DNA from: a virus
Length of the DNA stretch: 64,000 bases
Direction: 5' to 3' (one strand)
Virus record (IMG/VR): IMGVR_UViG_3300044833_000114
Span: 1-64,000 of that record
Positions within the stretch are counted from its first letter, which is position 1, and the number at the start of each line of letters is the position of its first letter. This document shows, piece by piece, positions 8,171 to 18,419 of this stretch. Made by a program: the position numbers and the translations under genes. The notes under the pieces were generated by a model. The model did no database searches. It saw only the letters and a program-made list of their open reading frames with translations, and was not told the DNA's origin.

Positions 8171-10114
8171 ATGTCCGAACCCATTTTTAAGACGGAGTAT
8201 TTGTACGCAGAAGCGAACACTCTTGCGGCGAAGTCTGAAGAAATACTTTCAGTAAAGCACTTCTGGAAGGTCGCCGATCGCGACCTTGCAGGCCCAGCTC
8301 CGAAGACTCTTGAGGAGCTCATTCTCCGCGCGAAGAACTACATCGCACTGGACATCGCGATCGCGAAAGCACCAGACCAGACGAACGCCGACGTTGCAGC
8401 TTGTGTCAAGCGGCTGGAGATTTTGAAGAACTGTCCGTCGTCCCTCGAGACGATGAACTTTCTTCGGTTCATGTGCCGCACGAACTTGCTGTTCCTCGGC
8501 CGAGAGATGTTCAACAGGGCGTTCACGTTTTTGACGCACGCGCCTGTTTGCAACTTCTTCGTGCAGAAGGATTCCAGCAAAGAGATCTACGAGCAAGACG
8601 AAACGAAAGAGCGTCTGCTTCTTTACCCTCGCGGCAGTTTCAAGTCCACGCTCGACGTCATCGATTGCGTTCAGTGGATCATCAACTTCCCGAACATTCG
8701 TATTTTGATTCTCGCGGCCGAGACCGGCCTGGCCACTTCGTTCATCGGCGAAATGAAGAATTATTTCTTCGTCCCGAAGAACGGAGAGCCCACCAATTTC
8801 CAGAAGCTCTTCGTCGAGTGGACCATTTCGTCCAGGACGGAAGGCGCCGAGGACCAGTTCATTTGCCCGTGCCGCTCCGTCGGCGACGAGAAGAAGAAAG
8901 ATCCGACAGCATGGTCGGCATCGATTCTGTCGAACCTGCCTGGTTGGCACTGCGACCTGGCGAAGGGCGACGACGTCGTCAACGACAAGAACTCAGAAAC
9001 GTCGGCCCTCGTAGCCAAAGTAATTCGCAAGGTCAATTACGCCGCGTCTCTCGTGGACCCAGGCGGATTCATAGATTTGCTCGGCACTCCGTACGCCGGC
9101 AATGATCTCTACACATTCACCGCGGAGAAAGCGGAAGGCAACGAGCTTCGTAAGTTGGCTGTTCCGTCCCGCTGGTTGATCCCGGCATCGCAGCACAAGG
9201 ATGACCGCGATTGCACCGACGTGGATTACGAACTCTTGTTTGAGTTCGATAAGACCGGTCGCAAGCGCCTGACGAACGATTTTCTCAACAAGAAGAAGCG
9301 CAAAGACCTTGGCATTTATTTGTCCCAGTACATGCTGAACGCGTCGGGCATTCGCAAGGTGAAGTTTTCGATGGACCTGATGGTCTCTCGAACGATCTCA
9401 CTCGAGCAGCTTCCGCATCAGCTTCGGTACTACATCCTCTGGGATTTCGCCTACGCGGCTCACCTGGGCAGCGATTATTCGTGCGGAGCGGTGATCGGCT
9501 TAGACGTCGAGAATCGCGCATACGTCGTGGAGGTCTTTCGCGACCACTACATCGACAGCGAGCTAGCGAGGGAGGTTGTCACCTCCTATCAGAAGTATCA
9601 GCCGCGGTTGGTGTGCATCGAGAATTCTAACGGCGCTCAGTTCCTGGAACAGACGATCCGTCGATACGCAGAAGAGGCGGGGATTACGTACATCCCTCTG
9701 GACTTCTTCAAGGTCGACAATTCAGCAAACGCAAAGGCAGCCCGAGTGGGCTCTTTGCAGCCTCGTCTTCTCGGCGGCGAGCTGTTCTTCATGAACACGC
9801 TCACTTGTCTGGAGGATCTCTACAAAGAGTTCAAAGATTTCGGAACGTCAACGCACGACGACATTCCGGATTCCATCAGCCATTACCTTCGAGTTCTTCC
9901 GGCCGGTGTCACCGAACCTGGAGGACCTGGCGGGAAAGAGCGCATGGAGAAATTCCACAAGGCGCTCAAAGAAAAAGATTTCTACGACATGATCTTCCAG
10001 CAGGGAGATTACGCACCAGTCGTTTCGCAAGCACCCATCGTTCCTGAATTCGGCACCGGTGAGTCGCCCGACACAGACCTCTACGATCCGTACGGGATCC
10101 CGAACTTTAAATAA
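8171..10114 (+). CDS. terL: Terminase large subunit
   Basis: Walker A LYPRGSFKST, Walker B AKGDD, GTPY, nuclease motifs WDFAY / DYSCG / CIEN / HDDIPDS. Confidence 0.92.
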   Translation: MSEPIFKTEYLYAEANTLAAKSEEILSVKHFWKVADRDLAGPAPKTLEELILRAKNYIALDIAIAKAPDQTNADVAACVKRLEILKNCPSSLETMNFLRFMCRTNLLFLGREMFNRAFTFLTHAPVCNFFVQKDSSKEIYEQDETKERLLLYPRGSFKSTLDVIDCVQWIINFPNIRILILAAETGLATSFIGEMKNYFFVPKNGEPTNFQKLFVEWTISSRTEGAEDQFICPCRSVGDEKKKDPTAWSASILSNLPGWHCDLAKGDDVVNDKNSETSALVAKVIRKVNYAASLVDPGGFIDLLGTPYAGNDLYTFTAEKAEGNELRKLAVPSRWLIPASQHKDDRDCTDVDYELLFEFDKTGRKRLTNDFLNKKKRKDLGIYLSQYMLNASGIRKVKFSMDLMVSRTISLEQLPHQLRYYILWDFAYAAHLGSDYSCGAVIGLDVENRAYVVEVFRDHYIDSELAREVVTSYQKYQPRLVCIENSNGAQFLEQTIRRYAEEAGITYIPLDFFKVDNSANAKAARVGSLQPRLLGGELFFMNTLTCLEDLYKEFKDFGTSTHDDIPDSISHYLRVLPAGVTEPGGPGGKERMEKFHKALKEKDFYDMIFQQGDYAPVVSQAPIVPEFGTGESPDTDLYDPYGIPNFK

Positions 10115-10123
10115 AAGGCAGCT

Positions 10124-12253
10124 ATGTCACGCGTCGATCCGCTGAAAGGCACAAGTACAGCGGGACTCCTCAAGCAAGAAGACGTCAAGAGCCCCATGGA
10201 AGTGACGGATGATGCTGCGCTGAAGATCGTAACACTCGACGCAAAGATGACTCGGTCCTGGATCGAGAGTCGCTATTTCAATATCCGATGGGTCGAAGTT
10301 GACCTGCTGTATCAATCCCCTCCGACGCTAAGAACGTGGGAAGGGACGTCGATGCCGAAGGCGAACATCGCCAAGTTCACGGTTGCGACTCACGTCAACG
10401 CCATCAACTCAAAGCTCGTTGGCGGTTTGTTCTACGAAGAGCCTCCATTCAGATTGACTCCGAAGCCGAGTCTCTCTGCGAACACAGCTCGCGCAATCGA
10501 AGAAATAAGTTCCACACAGCTTGACGAGATGAACTTCAAGCAGGAAGTGAAGTACGGATTTTTCTCGTGCCTGCTAAACGGAACCGGAATTTGGAAGTGG
10601 GGCTGGAAGGATTATTACAAGACTGATTGGGAGTTCACTCCCGTCGACGAACCTATGAAGGTAACAGGGTCGGACGGTCAGACGTCAGAAGTTCCGACTC
10701 AAGATTCTGACAACTTCAAAATGACGCGGAAGGAGAATCTTTGCGCTCATCCGTTCTTCGAGAACTGCGATATTCGTACGGTCCTGGTCGACCCAGGCTG
10801 CCGCGTTCCTGATATTCGCTTTGCCAAGTTCGTCATTCACGAATTTCCCGTCACGTACAAAGACCTGATGCGGATGAAGGACGAGGTCTACTACAACGAA
10901 AAGAACGAACCGATTTACCGTTACAACCTTCCGAGCGAAGAGGTAGTTCGCCAGTGGTTCGACGGAACTCAAGCCATGGATCAGGGTCAGGCTATCGCCG
11001 GCCAGAACATGGTATCGGGTCAGAACAACACGCAATTCGTTCAGCACGCGGCGCCCCTGTTCCAAAAGACGACAGAGGATCCACTGAACGAACCACTGCT
11101 CCTTCAAGAGCGTTGGGACTGCGACAAGGTCATCACCGTCCTTGCCGGACAGCGTGTGATCCGCAACGAGCCTAACCCGTTCGGTTGCATTCCATTTTAT
11201 TCAGTCAACTGGTGGATGATCCAGGATTGCTTCTGGGGCCTCGGCCTTGGGACCGCCCTGGGAGGCGAGCAGCGCCTCCAGCAAGGTTTCATCAACGCCG
11301 TTGCCGATATCGGTACGTTAGCAGCTAATCAACCTATCATCAGATCGCGCGGCGCGAACATCAACACCCAGCAAGTTCGAGCTCGGCTTGGTGGCTTCAT
11401 CGACGTCGATGGAGACGCGACGAAGGCGATGCATCCGATGGATCTTCCCAAGATTCAAGGGGAGATGTTCCAGGTTGTCGCGGCTTCCGAGTCACGCACC
11501 GAGTCGACTTCAGGCGCGAGCGAAATGCTCACGATGGGTTCATCGAAGCCCAGCGGTCGCGGTTCGTCCATGGGACGAACAGCTACTGGCGCGGGAAACA
11601 TGATGCAAGCAGCCGTCGATCGTATCGGCGGACTGGTAGAAGACTTCAACCGACAAGTGTTCCAGCCGTGGTTGTGGAAGATGTACGACCTCAATCGTAT
11701 GTTCCTTCCGCCATCCGTGTTCCGCGAAATCCTCAACGACAAGCTCGACAAAGAAGTTCACGCCTCGTTCAAGGACTTCATGGGAGCCAAGAAGGGCATT
11801 AAGGCCTTCTCCGTTCTTGCTGGTAGTCACATGGCCGCGCGTCAGCAAATGGCGCAGTCGATGCCGTTGATTATGCAGTATTTCACGAACCCAGCACTGG
11901 CCGGTCAGATTGCCGACATCAACGGGGAGTACATCGCTTACTCCGAATTGCTCCACATGCTAACGGATGTGAGCGGTTACGGGAGCGGATCCTACTACTC
12001 CATCTTCCGACCTCTAACAGCCCAGATGAAAGCGCAGCGCGCCGCACAGAATCCGGCCGCAGCCAAGATGGCAGCGCAGTCAGCTAACAACACGCAGAAG
12101 GGTGACATCAAGTCCCAGTTGCAATCGCAACAATGGACGGAGCGAGCGGCCGGAGACATCATCCGCCACTCACTTAAAGCAGCCGGAGACACTGAAGCAG
12201 TTCAAGGAAGTCCCGGCGGAAATGGATTTGGAAGTCAAGAACTTGAAGCATAA
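10124..12253 (+). CDS. Portal protein
   Basis: 709 aa directly after TerL; GTGIWK, VLVDP, IRNEPNPFG..PF, FWGLG, RTATG patterns. Confidence 0.88.
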   Translation: MSRVDPLKGTSTAGLLKQEDVKSPMEVTDDAALKIVTLDAKMTRSWIESRYFNIRWVEVDLLYQSPPTLRTWEGTSMPKANIAKFTVATHVNAINSKLVGGLFYEEPPFRLTPKPSLSANTARAIEEISSTQLDEMNFKQEVKYGFFSCLLNGTGIWKWGWKDYYKTDWEFTPVDEPMKVTGSDGQTSEVPTQDSDNFKMTRKENLCAHPFFENCDIRTVLVDPGCRVPDIRFAKFVIHEFPVTYKDLMRMKDEVYYNEKNEPIYRYNLPSEEVVRQWFDGTQAMDQGQAIAGQNMVSGQNNTQFVQHAAPLFQKTTEDPLNEPLLLQERWDCDKVITVLAGQRVIRNEPNPFGCIPFYSVNWWMIQDCFWGLGLGTALGGEQRLQQGFINAVADIGTLAANQPIIRSRGANINTQQVRARLGGFIDVDGDATKAMHPMDLPKIQGEMFQVVAASESRTESTSGASEMLTMGSSKPSGRGSSMGRTATGAGNMMQAAVDRIGGLVEDFNRQVFQPWLWKMYDLNRMFLPPSVFREILNDKLDKEVHASFKDFMGAKKGIKAFSVLAGSHMAARQQMAQSMPLIMQYFTNPALAGQIADINGEYIAYSELLHMLTDVSGYGSGSYYSIFRPLTAQMKAQRAAQNPAAAKMAAQSANNTQKGDIKSQLQSQQWTERAAGDIIRHSLKAAGDTEAVQGSPGGNGFGSQELEA

Positions 12254-12274
12254 CGTGCTCCCGCGAGGAATCAC

Positions 12275-12661
12275 ATGAGTGTTTTAGATGAATTCGAAAC
12301 CGGGCCGGTAGAAGGGTTAGTGCCGATCGCGATGAGGGACCCGAACTTCTTGAAGCTCACACCTCAAGACAAGGTCACGCTCGCGCAATTTGCTAACTCT
12401 CCGGCCCACGCAGTTTTTCTTAAGCTTGCCGAAGGCGAGGTCGAGAAAGCTGAAACAGCTCACTTCAAGACGTGGAAAGACGAAGCAGAGTTTCAACGCA
12501 CCGGAATATTCGCAGTGGCTATGCGCGTGTTCGTCGAACGCCTGGGCGCGGAGATCCAACGACAGGTTGAAGAGTTTTCCGGCGAAGTCGAATTCGCGAA
12601 GCAGAAGAGATCGCAGCTGGAGAAATCTCCAGAAGAACAAATCCAAGAAGAGTTCAGATAA
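12275..12661 (+). CDS. Hypothetical protein
   Basis: RBS GAGGA; helical; follows the portal gene. Confidence 0.75.
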   Translation: MSVLDEFETGPVEGLVPIAMRDPNFLKLTPQDKVTLAQFANSPAHAVFLKLAEGEVEKAETAHFKTWKDEAEFQRTGIFAVAMRVFVERLGAEIQRQVEEFSGEVEFAKQKRSQLEKSPEEQIQEEFR

Positions 12662-12670
12662 GGACAAACA

Positions 12671-13066
12671 ATGATCGCTCCAACTTTTGATCACGGCAAC
12701 GACTCACTCTGGTTCGTAGTCGCGGTTATCGCGATGTGGTGTGCAGCCGTCGGTGACGACCTGGTGACGCGCATTGGTATTTGGTATCACGGCGAGACGG
12801 AAGCTAACCCGCTTTATCGCAAGCTTATGCCGCTCAGTCTTTATAAGTGGTGGTTCGACGGAGCTGCCGGCGCATTCGCGGATGCCGCAGTACGATTCGT
12901 GCTCTCCATCTTGCTAGTCGTGGCCAGCAAGTCCATCGGCTACGCGGACAACGCGCACTTCTACCTACCGTTCGGTTTAGCCGCAGGCATCGGCGGTTTG
13001 GTGGTTCGCAACTGGCTCTTGATTCGCAAGAAGCCTGTGACCGCAACAATCGGTCAAGTTTCTTAA
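12671..13066 (+). CDS. DUF5658-like membrane protein
   Basis: D..T..G...G..EANPL motif and three hydrophobic helices. Confidence 0.65.
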   Translation: MIAPTFDHGNDSLWFVVAVIAMWCAAVGDDLVTRIGIWYHGETEANPLYRKLMPLSLYKWWFDGAAGAFADAAVRFVLSILLVVASKSIGYADNAHFYLPFGLAAGIGGLVVRNWLLIRKKPVTATIGQVS

Positions 13067-13093
13067 ACAAATTTTCAGATTAAGGAGACCACC

Positions 13094-13267
13094 ATGTTTA
13101 CAGAAATCAAAGCTTATTTCGCCGAGATCGATGCAGAAGCGAAGCTCAAAGCACAGACTCTGATCATCAAAACATACCACAAGATTCTCGCCGAGGACGC
13201 CGCGCTAGTCGCGAAGATTGAGGCTGAGCTGGCCGCAGCGGTCGAGTACGTTGAATCAAAGGTTTAA
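13094..13267 (+). CDS. 57-aa helical protein (not in the ORF track)
   Basis: RBS TAAGGAG; MFTEIKAYFAEIDAEAK...VESKV. Confidence 0.75.
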   Translation: MFTEIKAYFAEIDAEAKLKAQTLIIKTYHKILAEDAALVAKIEAELAAAVEYVESKV

Positions 13268-13272
13268 TCGTC

Positions 13273-13482
13273 ATGAATCCATGGGTCAAAGGACTGTTAG
13301 GCGGATCCATAGCGGGAGCGGGCCAAGGAGTTCTCATGGGTCTGGCTGCCAACGGTATCGCCCCAGGACAGTTTAATTTTCATGGCCACGCGCAAGGAAT
13401 TTTTGTGATAGCCGGGTTGGCTGCTTTGTTCGGTTCGATCATCGGCACCGCGACATACCTCGCGAAGAGTCCCCTCCCGTAG
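13273..13482 (+). CDS. Small two-TM protein, possible holin
   Basis: Two Gly/Ala-rich hydrophobic segments; ends YLAKSPLP. Confidence 0.6.
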   Translation: MNPWVKGLLGGSIAGAGQGVLMGLAANGIAPGQFNFHGHAQGIFVIAGLAALFGSIIGTATYLAKSPLP

Positions 13483-13560
13483 TTGAAGTTTCAGAAACAC
13501 ACAACTTAATCGCAGGTCACTTTGAATTACGCAGCGGATTGCTGCCCAAGGAGAAGTCAA

Positions 13561-14856
13561 ATGAAGTCCGTCCAAGAACTAGTAGTTGCAGGGAAAGTCC
13601 CGGGAGATACCCGGGCCGCAGAGAACCAGCAGGGCTATCCGAATGGCTGGCCTCTGTTCAGCGATATCTCTAAGCAGGTCGCGTACGACTGGAACAATCT
13701 ACCCTCTGACCGAGTGCGAGTTCTGAAATCTGCACCGGATTATAAGGCAGCACTCGACGCTTTCTTGCTCGAGCCGGCGACACCAGTCACGGTCACCGAT
13801 GTGCCCACCATCACTCTCGCGCCGTCTCCGGAAGAACAGATCGTAGACACGACCCCTCCTCCGGCGGGTGAAGTAGTTCCCCCAGCGCCAGCTTCGGCCA
13901 CGGATCCGGTTGTCGAGGATGAGCCCGAAGGAACCAAGTCCGGCCCCTTCGTAAAAGTAAAGGGCGGATGGGAAGCGCGCGTGGAAGCCATCGACGGCTC
14001 CGGCGTTCAAGTCTACAAAGGCAAGACCAAAGACGAAGTCAGCGCGAAGCTGATCCAGGCCCAGCAGCACGCGACGGCCAAGATTCGTCAGCAGGAAGAA
14101 GAGAGGCAGCGTTTGCTCGCGGAAGAGCCGGCCGACCTGGCTCCTGTTCGCAAGCGTCTGGCCCCGCGCAAGTTGACGGCGGATGAGCAGTTCGAATTCG
14201 CGGAAGCGATGTCGAGCGGCGATCCGACCAAAATCAACCGAGCGATGGCGAAGAGAGACGAGATCATTCTCGGCGGACCTGTCGAAGAAGTTGTCGGACA
14301 GGTGAACGAAACCCGGGACGCTCTCGAGTTCGAATCGTACAAGGCTACAGCCAAATCGTTCATGAAGCAGAACCCGGACGTCGCCTTCACCAAGCAATTA
14401 GGTGACGACATCGACGCGATTCTCTCCGAGAACAACTGGGCGTACACCGTTCGCAATCTGAACAAAGCTCTTGCTCAGTTGACGACCGAAGGAAAGATCA
14501 CCTCAAAAGTTTCGACACCCGCGACGGAAGAGGATCTACCGATCCCCACTTCGTCTCGTGAAGCGGCGCCAGTAGTAGTCCCACCGGCACCGCCCGCAGC
14601 AACAGTACCAGCAGCAAGGCCGACACCACCCTCCTCCGCAGCACAGGGAGAAGGCAGGTTACGGCCAGGGTCCGCATCCACAGGAGTATCACCACGCCAA
14701 GCCAGTGTCCGGCACGGCGCGACTCCGCAGCAAACAGTGGGGCTGACCGCCGAGGAATACAACAGGATGTCCGTCAGCGATACGCGTCGCAAGTACAAAA
14801 CTGACCCGGGATTCAGGTCAGCTGTCGACAAGTTAATTGCTGAAGGCAAGATCTGA
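13561..14856 (+). CDS. Capsid scaffolding protein (putative)
   Basis: RBS AAGGAG; immediately before capsid gene; Pro-rich and coiled-coil segments; C-terminal LTAEEYNRMS. Confidence 0.75.
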   Translation: MKSVQELVVAGKVPGDTRAAENQQGYPNGWPLFSDISKQVAYDWNNLPSDRVRVLKSAPDYKAALDAFLLEPATPVTVTDVPTITLAPSPEEQIVDTTPPPAGEVVPPAPASATDPVVEDEPEGTKSGPFVKVKGGWEARVEAIDGSGVQVYKGKTKDEVSAKLIQAQQHATAKIRQQEEERQRLLAEEPADLAPVRKRLAPRKLTADEQFEFAEAMSSGDPTKINRAMAKRDEIILGGPVEEVVGQVNETRDALEFESYKATAKSFMKQNPDVAFTKQLGDDIDAILSENNWAYTVRNLNKALAQLTTEGKITSKVSTPATEEDLPIPTSSREAAPVVVPPAPPAATVPAARPTPPSSAAQGEGRLRPGSASTGVSPRQASVRHGATPQQTVGLTAEEYNRMSVSDTRRKYKTDPGFRSAVDKLIAEGKI

Positions 14857-14900
14857 CGTAAACCGCGCACCTGTAATACCCACCAAGGAAACACCTCGCC

Positions 14901-15932
14901 ATGTCTTTGGGCTTCCCTGCATCAAACGTCACCGGCAATTTGCCGCAGTCGACGGTCAAATTCTATGACAAAGATTTCATAGAAAATCTAAAGGCGGAAA
15001 CTCCTTTCGTGCGTTGCGCGGAACGGCGTGATCTGCCACTCAACAGCGGTAACCAGTTGGTTCTGTTCGAATACAACACGTTCGGCGCCAACACCGCGCA
15101 AGCGACGGAAGGCAACCCGGCCGCAGGTATCGCGACCTCTCTGGTCTCGAACACCTCGACCATCGGCGAATACGCGGATTACGCGTCGTTCAGCTCTCTG
15201 GCACTCGCCACCGCAATCGACGACACCCTCGGAAACGTGGCCAAGGAAATGTCTTACCGCCTCGGTCAGTCTCTGAACAACCTCGTACGCTTCAGCGTCG
15301 ACGGCGCCAGCGCCATCGATTCGTCTGTCCTCGTACAGTTGGCGGCTGCTTCCAGCTCCAGCTTCACCTCTCTGTCGATCGGCACCATTCGCGCCGCGAT
15401 CCAGTCTCTGGCTGGCCGCTCCGTGAAGCCGTTCATGCAAGCGAAAAAGCGTTTCGCTGGGATCATCCACCCATTTGCTTGGGGCGATGCGATCAACGAC
15501 ACCAGCAACAACAGCCCGGTGGATATTTTGAAGCACACCTCCGAAGGGCTGATGAAGATGGAAGAGCTGCCCAGCGCAGACCTCACGGAAGTTTTCGAAC
15601 TCCCGGGAACCGCGGTGGACTTCTTCCAGACAAACCTCGTGACCTTCACGTCGAACTACAAGACGACTGGCGCGACGGCCCTCAGCACGTACATCTTCGG
15701 GCGCGATGGAGTCATTGCCATCAATCTCGCGGGTCGTGGAGACACGGCGTACGGCGACGGGAACTATCGCGGTATCAAGTGCAACGTGGTCCAAAACGCT
15801 CCTGTGAGCGTCTCGGATCCCGAGGGCTTGATTCCCGGCTGGACCAGTTACAAAGTGCATTTCACTGTAACTCTTCCTCCCGACCCGACGCAGCGCGTGC
15901 GCATTATCCAGGCGCTCAGCGGAGTTAGCTAG
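14901..15932 (+). CDS. Major capsid protein (N4-gp56-like)
   Basis: 343 aa; DLPLNSGNQL, TEG, EYADY, IIHP, SDPEG...WTSYK patterns; position. Confidence 0.88.
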   Translation: MSLGFPASNVTGNLPQSTVKFYDKDFIENLKAETPFVRCAERRDLPLNSGNQLVLFEYNTFGANTAQATEGNPAAGIATSLVSNTSTIGEYADYASFSSLALATAIDDTLGNVAKEMSYRLGQSLNNLVRFSVDGASAIDSSVLVQLAAASSSSFTSLSIGTIRAAIQSLAGRSVKPFMQAKKRFAGIIHPFAWGDAINDTSNNSPVDILKHTSEGLMKMEELPSADLTEVFELPGTAVDFFQTNLVTFTSNYKTTGATALSTYIFGRDGVIAINLAGRGDTAYGDGNYRGIKCNVVQNAPVSVSDPEGLIPGWTSYKVHFTVTLPPDPTQRVRIIQALSGVS

Positions 15933-15970
15933 CCAAAAAGTTCCTAGCCGAGGGAACACAAATTCGGTAA

Positions 15971-16027
15971 GGGTAGCGGGGTGTGCCTCGAACACACCCC
16001 GATTATCCGACTCATTCGAGGTGAGTT
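15971..16027 (+). promoter_or_regulatory. Two-hairpin kissing-loop RNA covering the HNH gene RBS
   Basis: Loop CCTCGAA (15986-15992) is complementary to loop TTCGAGG (16015-16021). Confidence 0.7.
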
Positions 16028-16029
16028 AA

Positions 16030-16389
16030 ATGTACCCAAAGAACACGTCTGAAACTCCCGCAATTCAACAGTTGTTTTCCAACTACAAGTATTGGGCGAA
16101 AAGGAGACAACTGGATTTTGATTTAAAGAAAGAACAATTCGAATTTCTCATCAAGCAAGAGTGCTTCTATTGTGGAGCACTGCCTTCTACTGTTTGTGTC
16201 AAACGCCACAGCTCGTGCACCTACAACGGCATCGATCGAAAAGATAATCGAATAGGGTACACAAGAGAGAACTGTGTTCCGTGTTGCTACACCCACAATC
16301 ACATGAAGTCAAATAAGACTTCTGAAGAATTTATCGCGGCTTGTCGGTCAGTTGTTGATCGAGCCGATGCTATGTCTGTAGTCAGCTAA
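16030..16389 (+). CDS. HNH-type endonuclease
   Basis: CFYCG...NGIDRKDNRIGYTRENCVPCC..HNHMK. Confidence 0.85.
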   Translation: MYPKNTSETPAIQQLFSNYKYWAKRRQLDFDLKKEQFEFLIKQECFYCGALPSTVCVKRHSSCTYNGIDRKDNRIGYTRENCVPCCYTHNHMKSNKTSEEFIAACRSVVDRADAMSVVS

Positions 16390-16430
16390 ACCTACGCGCG
16401 AGGGTATCGCGCACACAACTCAATCGGATG

Positions 16431-16493
16431 GAGGGGCTTCCTCAGCCCCTCTGTCTACATAATCCCCCCAACAAGTTTGGAGGATTATGTAGA
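16431..16493 (+). other. Two intergenic hairpins (terminator or processing signals)
   Basis: GAGGGGCT/AGCCCCTC and TCTACATAATCC/GGATTATGTAGA inverted repeats. Confidence 0.6.
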
Positions 16494-16563
16494 TGTGTTT
16501 TGAAGATAAAGCATCGCCCCAGGGAGACCCGCGGCGGAAGACGTAGGTCCCAAGGGGAACAAC

Positions 16564-18408
16564 GTGTCGAAACCTAATCTGAGCATCGGACCAGCGAACA
16601 GCGATTCGAATGCTTTTGAGGTAGTTGGAAGAAACGGTCTCCCTGTTGCGTGGATAGACTCCCTCGGAAATCCCGGTGGGAATTTGGGCAGCCGCGCATC
16701 CTCCCCCACATTCTCTACCGGGGTGATCGACGCGACCAATCCAGCTTACGGTATGAAGTGGGACGCGAAGCAGTTGCAGACTGCTAACTTTACAAGCGGG
16801 TCTAATGTTGTCACCACCACGACCCCGACATTCTCTCCTACCGATGTCGGAAAGGCCTTTTGGGCATTCACAAAATGTGTCGGCGACGACCCTACTCCCA
16901 CGTTTACGCCGGCCATCGCTCGCACGACCATTACCGGATTCATTTCCCCGACACAAGTCACCGTGGGAGCTAATGCTAGTGCTCCTCCTGCGTTTGCAAA
17001 CACAGGTTGTATCATTTTCGGCACCCCGGATGATGCCGCTCTGGCCTTAGTGGAAGCAGCGGCTCTAGCCTCGCTAACTTGTCCATTTATTCTGTTTCCT
17101 CCGCTGGGTACGATTTTAGAATCACCGCACTTCATCCAGTCAGTTCCGTCGTGTAACGCCACTGCTCAAGCGAAAGGTGAAAACTTAATCGGATGGGGCC
17201 AAATGTTCGCTGGCTGGGGCAAGGGCGTTAGCATTCTCTTTTTGTCGCCCAACTTCGCTAACAACATCGCTGGCTGTACCGGAGGAAGTACAGGTAAGGG
17301 CTGCTTCTTTGGGCAGCAAGGCATGCATCTGCGTGGGTTCCAGTTTCAAGGTGGGGCGATGCTATCCACCGGGTTCGCCACACAGAAAAACATTGTGGAG
17401 TTCGCCAGCGACACACTTGTGGAAGATGTCGGTTTTTATATGTTCGGCGGCAATGATGTGAACGTCCAGTGCCTCGTCACGCCTATCGGGGAAGTGAACT
17501 TCACCAACGTCGCGACGATGGATTTCGGGACGGGGTGGGGCGTCAACACCGCTGGTGGTGGCAGTGGCGGCTTTTGGTCACTTGTTCACTCTTCTCTCGG
17601 CGGACACTGCAAAAACGGGCTGGTGACTCTGGGAACAGGCTCCATATTAAACTCTTATAGCTCATATTTTGCGTCGGGAAATTGCTCTCAGGCGAGTTGG
17701 ACTTTTATCACTTTGGGGCAAAATGCCACATGGAACTCCCACAGCGATCTGGTTTTTCAAGACGGGAGTGCCTTAGCGCAAGTAGGAATACAGCCGCAAA
17801 GTTCAACGGCAAGTACAGTCAACCTTTTTGGAACAACCATCGCGGTGCCTCCGGGATATGCCTATCTCAGCAACAATCCGGGTGTTGTTAATTGCCACGG
17901 ATGCGTACTACAAGGCCAAGTATTTTTGAACAATGCCGGGGCAGTATTCAACGACTTTGGTGGTGGGACCTTCTCTTCTTTTGCGGGAAGCGGACCCGTC
18001 AACGGCGTTCAATCGCTCATCGGCAACCAGCTTAACACTGCGGTAGCTTCGCGGAATACGGCACTGGGCACGACCACATTGCTTGCGTCTACAGCTAGTG
18101 TTGCTGGACAAAACTCGGTACTCACTCTTTCTCTTTACGCCTACGATTCAGCGGCTGGGGCAAGCTGCACCGGGAACACGACAGTTACTTGGACTATCAG
18201 TTACACCGACCCCACGAATACCGTGCAAACACAAACTGCGACGGAAACGATCACTACCAACGGCGGCGCAACAGGCGGCGATAAGCTACAGCAAACTTTC
18301 ACATTTCAGATTAAGGGCGGCACGGCAGTTACATATTCAACCGCATACACACCAGGCTCTGGTTGTGTCACGAACCCCAGTTACGCAGCACAATTGACAT
18401 TGAAGTAA
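16564..18408 (+). CDS. Tail spike / receptor-binding protein (beta-helix-like)
   Basis: G/T/S/N-rich; IDATNPAYG, GTPDDAAL head; C-terminal beta-sandwich; 13 Cys by my count. Confidence 0.7.
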   Translation: MSKPNLSIGPANSDSNAFEVVGRNGLPVAWIDSLGNPGGNLGSRASSPTFSTGVIDATNPAYGMKWDAKQLQTANFTSGSNVVTTTTPTFSPTDVGKAFWAFTKCVGDDPTPTFTPAIARTTITGFISPTQVTVGANASAPPAFANTGCIIFGTPDDAALALVEAAALASLTCPFILFPPLGTILESPHFIQSVPSCNATAQAKGENLIGWGQMFAGWGKGVSILFLSPNFANNIAGCTGGSTGKGCFFGQQGMHLRGFQFQGGAMLSTGFATQKNIVEFASDTLVEDVGFYMFGGNDVNVQCLVTPIGEVNFTNVATMDFGTGWGVNTAGGGSGGFWSLVHSSLGGHCKNGLVTLGTGSILNSYSSYFASGNCSQASWTFITLGQNATWNSHSDLVFQDGSALAQVGIQPQSSTASTVNLFGTTIAVPPGYAYLSNNPGVVNCHGCVLQGQVFLNNAGAVFNDFGGGTFSSFAGSGPVNGVQSLIGNQLNTAVASRNTALGTTTLLASTASVAGQNSVLTLSLYAYDSAAGASCTGNTTVTWTISYTDPTNTVQTQTATETITTNGGATGGDKLQQTFTFQIKGGTAVTYSTAYTPGSGCVTNPSYAAQLTLK

Positions 18409-18419
18409 AAGGGAGAGAC

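Noticed and set aside
14988-15995. 335-aa antisense ORF, likewise 32370-33599, 36499-37872 and 25587-26519
   Set aside because: Shadow frames of GC3-biased genes with no motifs or RBS
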